From assembly GCA_047495785.1 (NCBI GenBank), contig JBLDXI010000019.1, positions 2,480,001-2,544,000 on the forward strand: DNA of 64,000 nt, written 5' to 3'. The notes beneath the pieces are model-generated. The model made no database searches. It was not told where the DNA came from and saw nothing but the letters and a program-made list of their open reading frames with translations. Shown here piece after piece: positions 14,001 to 24,100 of this stretch; the first letter of the stretch is position 1; each line of letters opens with the position of its first letter. Both the position numbers and the translations under genes were made by a program. The stretch comes from Lepidodermella squamata (Eukaryota > Animalia > Gastrotricha).

Positions 14001-17000
14001 AGTTCTGGAACTGGACCGGGTGCTAAGCAGTGGTTTACCTTTTCAAACCAATTTTTAGTGCAGTTACGCTTCTGACGTTTTATGCACACAGCGAATGACG
14101 CATAGTTTTGAAAATTTCGATCCAATATCACTCGATTATAGTAGCAGAATGGCGAAAATCGCCCCACGAATCATGTTAATGATTGCGCCAAGCCGGGACA
14201 AGCCGCGTGCTGTAGTTTCATCGCCGCCCACTTCCTTACTATACCGGCCGCCCTGTGCCGGAGATCTTCGTCCTGTGGTACCACTGTGGTACGCTTGGCT
14301 CGTAAGTTATCAGACATTCAACCGATGGCTCGACCTGCCGCCCAACGCCTACTAGGTGTTGCTTATATCCCTCGTTACAGGTGGTCTCACCTTCTGGCCT
14401 GCGACCTCATAGCCGTCGTGCTTTGCCTTTAAGCAGACATGACCTGCCGGCCAACAACCTCATAGTCGTTACGCTGCGCCACTTGGTCATAGTTTTATAC
14501 TCAATAAAAGTGAACAAATACGCTTCGTTTTATTGACTGTGCATTCTAACGAAAAGTGATGAAAGAACGGACTCCTAACGTGAACAATCGCCGCGATCGG
14601 GCCTCTGGGCGCGGGCCATGTGGTCAAATATCAGACATTTGGCGTGCGATTAACGATGGCGACACAGTTGCCGAACCGGCCCGGGTCGATCCTCTTGATG
14701 CCTCCAGTGTCGAGGCCCTCGCCCGACTCTATTCGCCCGCATTCGCCAACCTGCTGGCTGAGATACTTGCCAACAACCGTATCAGACTCCCGCACTCACG
14801 GGTGGCGGATCGCCTATAGACCTGTTGCGAAAAGCTGCTACCAGCTGTGGCTGACAACTCGCCTCGTGACCGGCCTATGGAAAGTTCTGCTGAAAGACAC
14901 GAATGCTATCGCCGCCGACGGGGCAAGCGAAACGGTTACCAATGCTGATTTCCACAGCAGTTGGAGCCACCTGATCAAAGAACAAGGCATGAGTCATCTA
15001 CCTGTGGGCTCTGACCGTCGCTGGCTGAACTGGCCAAGCATCGGCCGTGGCAACGGTCTCACCGGGGTTCGACTGACGGAAGAAGAGATTGAGTCTACTG
15101 TGCAAGTGCTACCGGGTGACCACTGGACTAGCATTATTCGCTCGCACGTTGAGCTAATGCGTGCCTGCATGGGCTGGGCTGACTCCTTGCTCTGTCGCGC
15201 CTACGCCATCAAGCGTCGCCACACTGCGCCCGCTACAGACAATGCGCATCGAATGCGAAGTCACTAGTTATTGGGACTGGGTGACCGGAATCTTCACGAT
15301 TAAGCCAAATCGAGGCCGCCGAACAAGATTCCGAAGTCAAAAGAATCACTCCATCAGCTTCGGAAATATCGATTTGTCAAAATCGATACCAATCCATATC
15401 AAAATCGATAACTTCCTTACTTGGGGGAATTTTCCAACAAATATCTTCATATTCCACAGGGTTGAAAACACTATTTCCAAACTTTTTGATAGGATTACAG
15501 TCATCATCCAATTAAACTCTAGACCGAATCGTGTCAAAGGATGCCATGCCCGAGAGGCCCAAGGATGAGGCCGTCAGGTTCGTCATACCCTACAAGGACG
15601 ACAAGAGCGCCCGCTGCCTGAAAACCCGCCTTAACGATCTGGCCGGGAAAGTCTTTGTACCTATTAAGCCTATCTTCGCCAGCAAGAAAATCGCCGAGAA
15701 CTTCGGTGCCAGCGAGCCTAAGCCTGATTTAGTCAACCGTCAATGCGTTGTGTACAAATTTCAGTGTGACCAGTGCGACGCTGGTTATATCGGCATGACC
15801 ACCCGCCATCTGCATCAACGTGTTGAGGAGCACTACTTAGCTTCTAGCTCGATTGGCAAACATCTGAATACCCATGAGCTGAGAAATGATTTTAATTTGC
15901 ACAACTGTTTCACGATTCTACGCAAGTGTCGTAACAGGTGGGATGCCCTATTGCACGAGAGCCTGCTGATCAAAAAGACCAAACTAAAAATCAGCCTCAA
16001 TGTGCAGTCGGACTCCGTCAAATTAAAATTATTTTAATTCTTGTTTTGCTTTTCTTTGTTGTGATTTTGATTTTGTTGTTTTTCTTCTATACTTCTAGTC
16101 TGATGATGGTACGAGAGCGTACCGAAACGTCACGCCTTAAAAATAAAATTTCATCGCTATACTCAATTCGTTTTTTACTGACACTTTCACCTTAGGTAAA
16201 TTAAAATTCACCGCAAAAACCCTAAAATATCCGATGGGAATCTTTCATTAATTTTTGTATTTCACGTTTTTAAACGGATTATTTTTCTTTATGAGTCACA
16301 AGTGGCAAGTTTCATAGTTAGAAACATGCTTCTTGTCATTCAAAAAATTCCCTAATTCTTATAATAATATATTTTCCTACCTTGGCAAACCGGTAATCTC
16401 GACCATCGCCCATCAGTGCCGCAAGTTATGGTACCATTGCCCCAGGTCAACCGGTACCCAGAAAAACATTTATAGACCAAATTCGCGCCAACCTCCGAAC
16501 TCCACCCGGACGCTAACTGCGCATTCGGAATGGCCGGAATCGACCCGCATCCCCTTAAATTACACTGCGGCGCCGTCGACCAAGTTCCCGTCTCAGTGCA
16601 AGTCGCAATCGCAGCGCCAGCCAGCCGGTACTCGTCTAGGCAAGTATAAGTCGCAGTCGCGCCGATTCGAGTCGAGTTGAACATGACGTAGCCGTTTTCG
16701 ATCTCCGGCGGTGAGTCGCACATTTGTTCGTTTCCTGTCGGGTTGTTGGAGGAAACTTGGCCGGAGGTGGAAGATGAGGCGCGGAGCACGCATGATGGCA
16801 GCGGCGAGGACCACTGGCCGTAGCCGAGGCAGACGACGGTGGCGTTGCCGCTGATTGAGTAGCCCTGGGCACAGGCGTAGATGACGGAATCACCCACCTC
16901 ATAGGCGACCTTTGACGGGGTGCTCAGATCGGCGAGTTCGATGTTGGGTGACGCTCCGCATGAGTCAGGTTCTGTAGAAAAATTTACGATAATTAATTAT

Positions 17001-19893
17001 TCAAATACATTTCGATTATGGTTATGCGAATTTTAGGAATGAGGAGGGGGGGGGGAGAAGGGAAAAAATCAAGATTTCTTTGGATCCAGCACCAGTGTTC
17101 TCCAGTTCCAGTTTCAATTCTTCCTTGGAGTGTCGAATTTTGACAATCATGCTTATCCGATAGCTCTCATTATTGCGCGCATTTTGCGCTGTAAGGGGTC
17201 ATTGGGCGCCGATGTCGATTTCAAGAATCGATTTTACAAATCAGTAATTTTTCCGATATCAAGTCAACGCCAAGGCAACATTAAACTAGCTAGAATAAAA
17301 AAATCACTGGGTCATAAGGTGCGACATCATTTATTAATACAGGAATCCGTCAAAATCGCAACAAGTCAGACACATTTTTTTCTCGAACCTCAATTTTTTT
17401 TGAACAATTTCACTCTAAAAATTTGTGAATACTATAGTTTTGGAAATGGTAAAATGAAAGCATAGAACTCATTGATTGTCAGAAAATTTGAAATTTCGTC
17501 GGAAAAGTGTCATCTCCAGCTATTTACTAAATATTTCGCTTAAAATTTAATTGTAGGAATTTCGGCCCGATATCAAACGATTGCTCTCAATGAGACGAGT
17601 CTTTATAGAAAAAACATAGATGTCCCAATTTTCGCTAAATGGATTGCAGGATTCTCAGTTATGGCTAGGTTAGAAAAGTCAAGGAAAGTAAGAAATGTGG
17701 GACCTCTCCAAAACAAGTAATGACACTAAAATAAAACGCATCATAACAGCCAAACGTTTCGATTGTTGCGCAACGAGAACAATCGAATTTTTCGTGTTTC
17801 TTTGGCTGATTTGGAGTAGTCTCAAGAAACGTCAAACCAGCATCATAAGTTTGTAAAGTTTAGTAATAAATCACTCTTAATGAGAGGAATCGATTGATAT
17901 CAAATTCGAGCCGAAAATCGTAAAATTTAATATCAGGCGAAATTACTCCACCGGCCAATAGTAAAAAAATCTGGAAAAATCTCTTACTTGCTACGATTGC
18001 TGTCAGGATAGGTTGGCGAACGCTTCGAATTCCAGTGCCAACAATCATGCCAAAATTCTTGATATTATCCAAAATAGTCGGCAAAAAGTGTCTACTCAAC
18101 ACGCAATTCTGCAGCCGGTTCGAAACAGCGACATCAGCCGTGCTCGACGTCAGGTAAGGAATGATAGGCGAACTGCCCGGGCTCGAGTAGAACATGCCGA
18201 TGAAATCATTCGCCCGCACGGCGATCATCTCCGGGTACGGCACGTCGAAGATATTAACGCCGATTTTCGTCGCTTTCGCCGAGTTGTAGCCGACCAGGGT
18301 GTAGGAGGCCGGGCCAACTGATCGCCATACTGATAGGTAGACGGTTGAGCCGTCATTTGCGGTTGAGTAGTACTGCCACTGGGCGATGTGGCCGTCACAG
18401 CCGGTCACCTGAGTCGTGCACACTGATAGGTAGTTGTCGGTGGGCAGGAAAGATGGCGCGGAGCCGGGTGGACGATACACGGCTACATTCGCGCCACTTG
18501 TGCAAATTTGACCGGCTGAAAAAAAATCAAAATTTGGATTGAATTTAAAATTTGACTAAGAATGAATTTATTCGGAGCCAGATTACGATATCATCTTTGG
18601 ACGGCAGAATTTGCATTCAAAATTCATTTAATTTTCAACAGATTACTGACACGACAACATGTTCCAGTTGGCTTTGATTTCAAATTGTATTTGCCGACTT
18701 GATTTATCGAGGGTTCAGCTGTATAATCTGATAGACTGGAAATCAACCCTGAGCTTATCCATTATTGTGAACAGTATATGGAAAGTTCCCCGAGCTTTTG
18801 AAAGCGGATTTTTTCTCCAATCGATCACTCTCAAAAAAGTTCCTTAACCCGCCCAAATAGAATGGGGACGCGAGAAGAACTTCGTCACGTTGTTTCGGGA
18901 CTACATACTCCAAAACAGCCAAAAAAAAAATCTGATTGTTCTCGCTGCGCAACAAAATCGAAAAGTTTGGCTGTTATGGGGCCTTTTATTTTAGTGTCAT
19001 ATGTATTGGAGTAGTCCCGTTGTTTCTAAAAGGGACAATTTAAAAAAGAAAGGGACACATAGATTGGATTGAATTAGAAACAACATGACAATATTCTTCC
19101 CGCGTCCCCATTCTTTGTAGGGACTTTTTTGAGAGTGATCCATTGAGCCGATGAGTACAGAAAATTATAGTAGTCGGCAAATAGAACTAATAATTACCTA
19201 AATTATCATCCTCTTAAAAAATTGAATTTTCAATTCTCTTCCGACCATTCTTATCTGCATGAAAAAAATTTCAATTACAAAAAACTGAGAATATACAAGG
19301 ACATGTTGCGAAATTTCAACCTCAAAAATAAAGGTTTACCTCTTTGCAAAAAATAGAAAATTCCAATCCAAAAAACGAAGGACAAAGCTATCAAGGTATT
19401 AAGAATGCTAATTTGAAAAAAAATCAAAAATATCGAAAAATATTTCAGCCTTTGCAATATTTGGTACAAATTGCAGCGTTCCACTCAGGAAATTCACTCG
19501 TCGCCGGTAATTTTGGGGCGCGACAGGTTAAATTATTTTTGATTGCATTGATTTACAAAGTGAATATTGTTTTCGGTTATATTAACTTGAACTTTGTTGA
19601 CTTCATTAAGCAATAAATAGCGCTGGTCAGTAGTAACTTTATGAACCGCTTTTGGTGGTACGAAAATGACAAACTGTCCGATATTTCCGGAAATCTTCAC
19701 TCAATAGGTATTCTAAACTTAATTCGAAAGTTATCGGATTGCCTTCAGATAGCTGCATTCCCAAGTTATTTTGACACTTACCTGTCTGATTGATTAGCCA
19801 TGAAATAGCGATGACTCGAACCAGGGCGTTTCTCCAATCACAGGCACCAGAAATGTCCCACCTTTGCCTCGCCCCGAGGCGTCGATATACCAT
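2084..19893 (-). CDS. Secreted multi-sushi (CCP/SCR) protein 1: signal peptide, unnamed domain X, ~22-23 CCP modules with Thr/Pro- and Gly-rich linkers, C-terminal domain X
   Basis: Exons with canonical GT-AG ends, mostly phase 1: 19782-19893, 17988-18515, 16381-16971, 12988-13161, 11968-12147, 11747-11917, 11602-11692, 11040-11509, 10545-10861, 10054-10462, (6811-7303), 6516-6686, 5634-6161, 4832-5005, 4655-4769, 4516-4601, 3392-4438, 3071-3283, 2084-2601. Repeated CCP consensus C-x-x-PP-I-x-NG...Y-x-C-x-x-GY-x-L-x-G...C-x-x-x-G-x-W-S-x-x-P-x-C. Whether this is one transcript or several is inferred. Confidence 0.8.
6811..7303 (-). CDS. Probable internal alternative first exon of sushi gene 1 (hydrophobic leader, Pro/Thr-rich stalk, one CCP)
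   Basis: ATG at 7303 gives MYFVLLPNYFGCLFSMMNCTPA; phase-1 GTAAG donor at 6810. An in-frame AAG acceptor near 7319 would instead make it an internal exon. Confidence 0.5.
8015..8351 (+). CDS. Small secreted protein A (92 aa, two exons), nested antisense in an intron of sushi gene 1
   Basis: Exons 8015-8174 and 8233-8351 join in frame: MNNLRIYWLVCLFITATMIDPTDC...TQTPQLTVEQFLEILRSNAKVLKADKATMSRIIIELLS*. A paralog at 9442-9758 has the same intron position. Confidence 0.7.
8437..8941. mobile_element. pogo/Tigger-like MITE
   Basis: TIR CAGTAGAAGCTGTATAATC at 8437 and its reverse complement ending at 8941; TA on both sides; internal GCGGACA repeats. Confidence 0.85.
9055..9142 (+). repeat. Fragment of the MULE-type MITE found complete at 29527-29976
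   Basis: TGTACGCGAAAATTGATATTCGTAC...TCAATTTGAATCCGATCAGT aligns with 29551-29633. Confidence 0.7.
9442..9758 (+). CDS. Small secreted protein B (~85 aa, two exons), paralog of A
   Basis: Exon 1 9442-9580 (MHKLALYCAVYFVIHSVTISSSP...), phase-1 donor GTTTGA, NAGNAG acceptor 9634-9639, exon 2 ...PKPELTVEEFLEILRSNAKVLKADKPTRSRILNELLS* ending at 9758. Absent from the ORF track. Confidence 0.7.
12203..12533 (-). CDS. Probable internal alternative first exon of sushi gene 1 (signal peptide plus Arg/Lys-rich leader)
   Basis: ATG at 12533 gives MIIYFELIYSIIIIFGLCGSIFA-GK (clear signal peptide); phase-1 GTATT donor at 12202; a 55-nt intron joins it in frame to the CCP exon 11968-12147. Confidence 0.65.
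13500..13790 (+). mobile_element. Degenerate APE-endonuclease remnant of a non-LTR retrotransposon
   Basis: Broken frames read NSNG..L, PT...STLDI*, DSDHI..F...RAD..Y, the motif order of LINE APE endonuclease C-termini; stops and frameshifts present. Confidence 0.35.
15531..16150 (+). mobile_element. 5'-truncated Penelope-like retroelement (GIY-YIG endonuclease ORF 15531-16037 plus 3' region)
   Basis: CVVYKFQCDQCDAGYIGMTTRHLHQRVEEH is the Penelope-type GIY-YIG/CCHH signature, preceded by the IPY linker; followed by a hammerhead motif and AATAAA. No RT is present. Confidence 0.85.
16096..16135 (+). ncRNA. Minimal type I hammerhead ribozyme motif (Penelope-associated)
   Basis: CTGATGA (16100-16106), T, stem II GGTACG/AGAG/CGTACC, GAAA (16124-16127), CGTC with GUC cleavage triplet at 16129-16131; stem I reduced to about 2 bp. 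Confidence 0.75.
17699..17823. mobile_element. Short MITE, copy 1 (TIR GGGAC(TA/CT)CTCCAA)
   Basis: Ends GGGACCTCTCCAA...TTGGAGTAGTCTC; the interior matches 18897-19018 in reverse orientation. Confidence 0.7.
18821..19144. mobile_element. Inverted-repeat element containing nested short MITE copy 2 (18897-19018)
   Basis: Outer arms GATCACTCTCAAAAAAGT..CCT..AGAATGGGGACGCG.GAAGAA (18821-18879) and the reverse complement (19094-19144); inner GGGACTAC..CTCCAA...TTGGAGTAGTCCC. Confidence 0.65.
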
Positions 19894-21193
19894 CGCTAGC
19901 GAAAATTCCCGTGAAAAAAAGAGCGACAACTACAATAACTAGAGAGAGATATGGTGTTAAGTTGAAAAGGTCTAATGAGCGCGCGGTGTATTTTGACACC
20001 GTCTAATGATTAACCGCAACTAGGTCATAAAACACGCGCACGGTGTGTGCGTGCGCACAATTGACGCACAGAGCGGCACTTTTCAAAATGTTGATCTTTT
20101 CTGCAACAAAACCGTGTTCAGTTTGTTTAGTTAAAAATTCTTTGTTAATTCAGTGTGGATTCAAGTATGATTATGATAAATAATAATTACACATTATCGC
20201 TGCTATGGTACAAATTACTGCGTTACACCGGAGTTAATCTCGCGGCAACGTGTAAAAAGCAGATCTTTTGTCTTTCATCGCCATGTTGAACAACTTTTAT
20301 TTACTCGGTATTTTATACACCACGGAACATAAATAGCCTCTTAGTACAATAATTTCCATTACGCTGCCGATAGGTGTCACAGGTCGATGAACACACCGCG
20401 TTTACATTGGTGTTGATGTTCACGAAAAGGTCAACGTGACGGCTAAAATTATTATTATATGGCGCTTCTGCGTGTGTTTACCGTCTTTTCCGAGCCTCTT
20501 TCTTCAAGTCAGCAGTCACAATTGAAATATTAAGGCGATGCATGAACATTCCGCAGCTGCTGCTGGCCTCGGATTCATAAATAGAAGTCATAATAATGAT
20601 AATGAAAGGCGATAATTAACATCATGGACACCATTGCGCTCGTGGTAATTTAGTGCGGTAGGTAATATAGGCCGTTCGTCATCGCGCAGGTCACTCGCCA
20701 TCGTGTGTGTGTGTGTGTGTGCGCAAACGGCGACACGACAGCAGGCAGGCAGGTCTGCGCCATTTAGATAACACCTGCGAAAGTAACCTCAACTGTTGTT
20801 CGCAAACTTTTCGGCCCTGTGCTGCCTCTGCTGATTTTATGTGCGAATTCGGCGCTATCTTGCCTGCAAATCTCCCCATGAAAATCTTCACTAAATTTTA
20901 ACAGTAAATTTTGATTTTTTTGAGGCTCATAACCGCTTGAGAAATATTGAACAATAAATAAAATTAACTGCGCAGATATGATTCGAAATTTATAAAATTC
21001 CAAAATATTAAAATTTTTGAATTTTTCGAATTTAAAATTTAAAATTTTAAATTTTAAAATTTTAAATTCTCATCTAATTGATTTCAAAAAATTGAAAAAT
21101 AAGGTTAAATTTATCTCCATTCTCCCTCTTCTTCTTTTCTCTAAATTTAAATTCGGATGATTTATTTTTCAATTTTTTTAGACATTAAACCGG
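19894..21193. promoter_or_regulatory. Divergent promoter/5' UTR region between the two sushi genes
   Basis: Start codons at 19893 (-) and 21194 (+) are 1.3 kb apart; CpG-rich non-coding sequence; AATGAGCGCGCG and TTTTGACACC motifs; a 5' UTR intron acceptor at 21181. Confidence 0.5.
20703..20720. repeat. (GT)9 microsatellite
   Basis: Read directly from the sequence. Confidence 0.9.
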
Positions 21194-24100
21194 ATGGGGC
21201 GAAATATCCGGTTGAAATTGTCGATATTACTATCGATAAAATGTTGCCTCTTTCTCACCTGGAGCCATCTATTGAATTTCGTCTCAAGTCAAGATGTCGT
21301 CAAAACTCTGCAATTACCAAATAATTTCTCATCACTACCCGATTATTCAACCGAAAACGCCGTGATCCAATGCCCGCCACCGCCAGTTGTGCCCAACTCG
21401 CGGATATCGTACCCTAGCCGGAATGTTGGCGCTGTGGCGTTGTACGCGTGTTTTGCTGGCTACCAAGCGATAGGCCTAACCGAGCCGCCGATTAAAACTT
21501 ACGTATCGTGTCTGCCCAGTGGAAAATGGAGCGATGCGGATTTCGCGTGTGTAGCCGAGTCGGATCTTGTTGGTACCGCGCTGGAACCGACTTCAACGGA
21601 ATCGCCTGGAACCCATGGAATTCCGGAAGATGTACTAGGAATTCCTATTGCATTATTATTCGGCGGTTAGTTCCAATATTTATTTTGAATTTGCGGTGTT
21701 TTCGGCGAAATGAAATTTCAAAAATTTGAAAATTTCCGAAATTTTGGGACATTTCTATTTATTTATTTTCTGGTTTTGTTTATCTAGAGGAGCGATCTCC
21801 AGGCTCGTTTTGCGACAGTTTACCTCGGATTCAACATGGGGTTGTAATCGAGGAAGGCTCGACCAGTTTCAGCACCACAGTGGGCAGCCGGCTATCCTTT
21901 ATGTGCAATCAGGGCTATTACTTGATCGGTCCAACTTACATCGAATGTCTGCCTTCCCTTAATTGGACCGAGACCCCAGTTTGCCGTCCATGTAAGTAAA
22001 ATCCAAATAATGCTCGTTGGTTTGCTGTTATACAATTTCAAGCTGAATGCTGAAAGCTGATTAAAATTGGCTCATTTAAAATTTGAAGTTGAAATTTCAA
22101 AATTTCAAAAACAGTTTCAATTCGCGATTTTCCGATTATTTTTAGATTGCCAAAATCCGCCTGTGGTACCAGATTCGGTTCAGCGAGTCGGTATAAACCC
22201 GAAGCGATCAGGCTCCGGAAAATATTTCTCGGCCAATATGACCGTGGAATACGTCTGCAATTCCGGCTACGTTCTCGTTACTAGAAACGGGGCTAATATG
22301 GCCACCAATAACGACACAGCTCAACGAGGCGTGATGTGCCTGGAGGACGGCACTTGGACCGACCCGCCAATGTGTCTCCGAGTTGAAATGGAAGAATTTC
22401 ATGACTCGTATTCGCAAATAGGTAAGAGAAAAAAAATAAAAAAAATTGATATAAGGCGCAATTTATTTCAGGCGTGGAATCTTGTGGACCCCCTCCTCCG
22501 ACTAGGCATGGAAATGTCACCCTACAACACAAACCGAGCTTGTATGCTGTTGGAGAAACGGCTCTTTACACCTGTTTTAAAGGTTTTGAATTTTTTCATA
22601 AATTTTAAAATTGAAGTTTATTAAATTTTGAAATTTTATAGGTTTTCGATTGGTTGGTCCAGCTGTTATCGAATGCATGCAAAACTTAAAGTGGTCCATG
22701 AACCCTACCTGTGTCTCAACCAGCTTACCAGGTAATTCTAAATTCGGATTCCCTGCTGTGTTTATGAATTAATTTGTAGACACTTGCCCACCGCCTCCAT
22801 CGGTTCCCGACTCGATTCATGCCAAGGCCAACCCGGACACTGGCTGGATTGCCGGCGAAACTGTGTTGTACCTCTGCCAACGAGGTTTTTACCGAGTGGG
22901 CGATCCTGTTGTCCAATGCATGCCGAAGGGCTACTGGACCTCCCCACCTAGGTGCATCCTCCAAAATGCGGATGTGACCTACCCGCCAAGCTCTCGCAAC
23001 ATGAAAGCAGCTGCGCCGTGGGGTGAGGCCGTCATGTCCGAATCTGGGTCAAACTCGACAAATGTCCCAGTTTCGGACACCTACAGCAAATTCGACTGCC
23101 AACCGCCGCCGAATGTCGAAAATGGTTACGTGGTTCAGGTGACCCCGATTGAGGGCAGGTACCCGCGTGGGACCGTGGTCACCTATCGCTGCGCCCCTGG
23201 GTACACCCTGTACGGAGAATCCTCAATTATGTGCACGGATATTTTGTTATGGGAAAGCCCGCCTCAATGCCGTGAGTCGGGTGAAAAAACGACCCAGACT
23301 CTGTACAACACAAATGGGGAATGCCCTCCCGACCCGGTTCTACCGCCCAACACCCTGATTACTGAACGGTACATGCCATCTGGTAAGGCGATGATCGGCT
23401 CTTTCATCGTTCTGGACTGTTTACCCGACCATTACATGGTCGACGGGGCTGGCTCGCCGATTTTGTGGTGTGATTCGAATTTCCGCTGGCAGCAACAAGA
23501 GCCGCCGATTCAGTGCCGCAGGAAGTCACCCTGGGACTCAGCACCCGTGTCGACACCGTCACCCATGATCACCCGGCGCACCCCTTTCACGCCACCCATT
23601 GATTGGGCGTGGGGCAGTGAGAGCACCTCAACTGAAACGACGCCTCGGTGGAATAATAACAACAATAACTGGCCACCGACTAACCCGCAGGATCCGTACG
23701 GGTTCTTCAATTACCGAACCGACGCGAATGGGGACCCGTTTTGGCCGGATTACCCGACTACGACCACGGCACCGATTACTGGTACCACTGAGGTACCGTC
23801 TTGCACGCCGCCGCCGGAAATCGCGAACGGCTTTATGGTGAAAATTACGCGGCCCAATTACCAGAATGCGAGGGAGATGAATCGAAAAAATATTTTGTAC
23901 TACTACGGCGTGACCGTGACTTACGTTTGCATGACAGGTAAAATAATTAATTTTTAAAAGGAACTAAATTAAAATAATTAACAAATTTAACCCAGAATTT
24001 TAAAATTAGATAATTTATCAAATTAATTAGAAATTGATTTATGAATTAATTAATCAATTGATTAATCAATTAATTAATCAATAATAATTAATCAATTAAT

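Noticed and set aside
14095-15267. ORFs 14556-14819 and 14620-15267 as LTR/gag remnants (AATAAA and TGGCG nearby)
   Set aside because: No paired LTR, zinc knuckle, protease or RT motif; probably TE debris but unclassifiable by eye.
19275-19484. Hydrophobic minus-strand ORF as an extra exon of sushi gene 1
   Set aside because: Hydrophobicity is explained by T-rich intron composition, and exon 19782-19893 already joins in frame to 18515.
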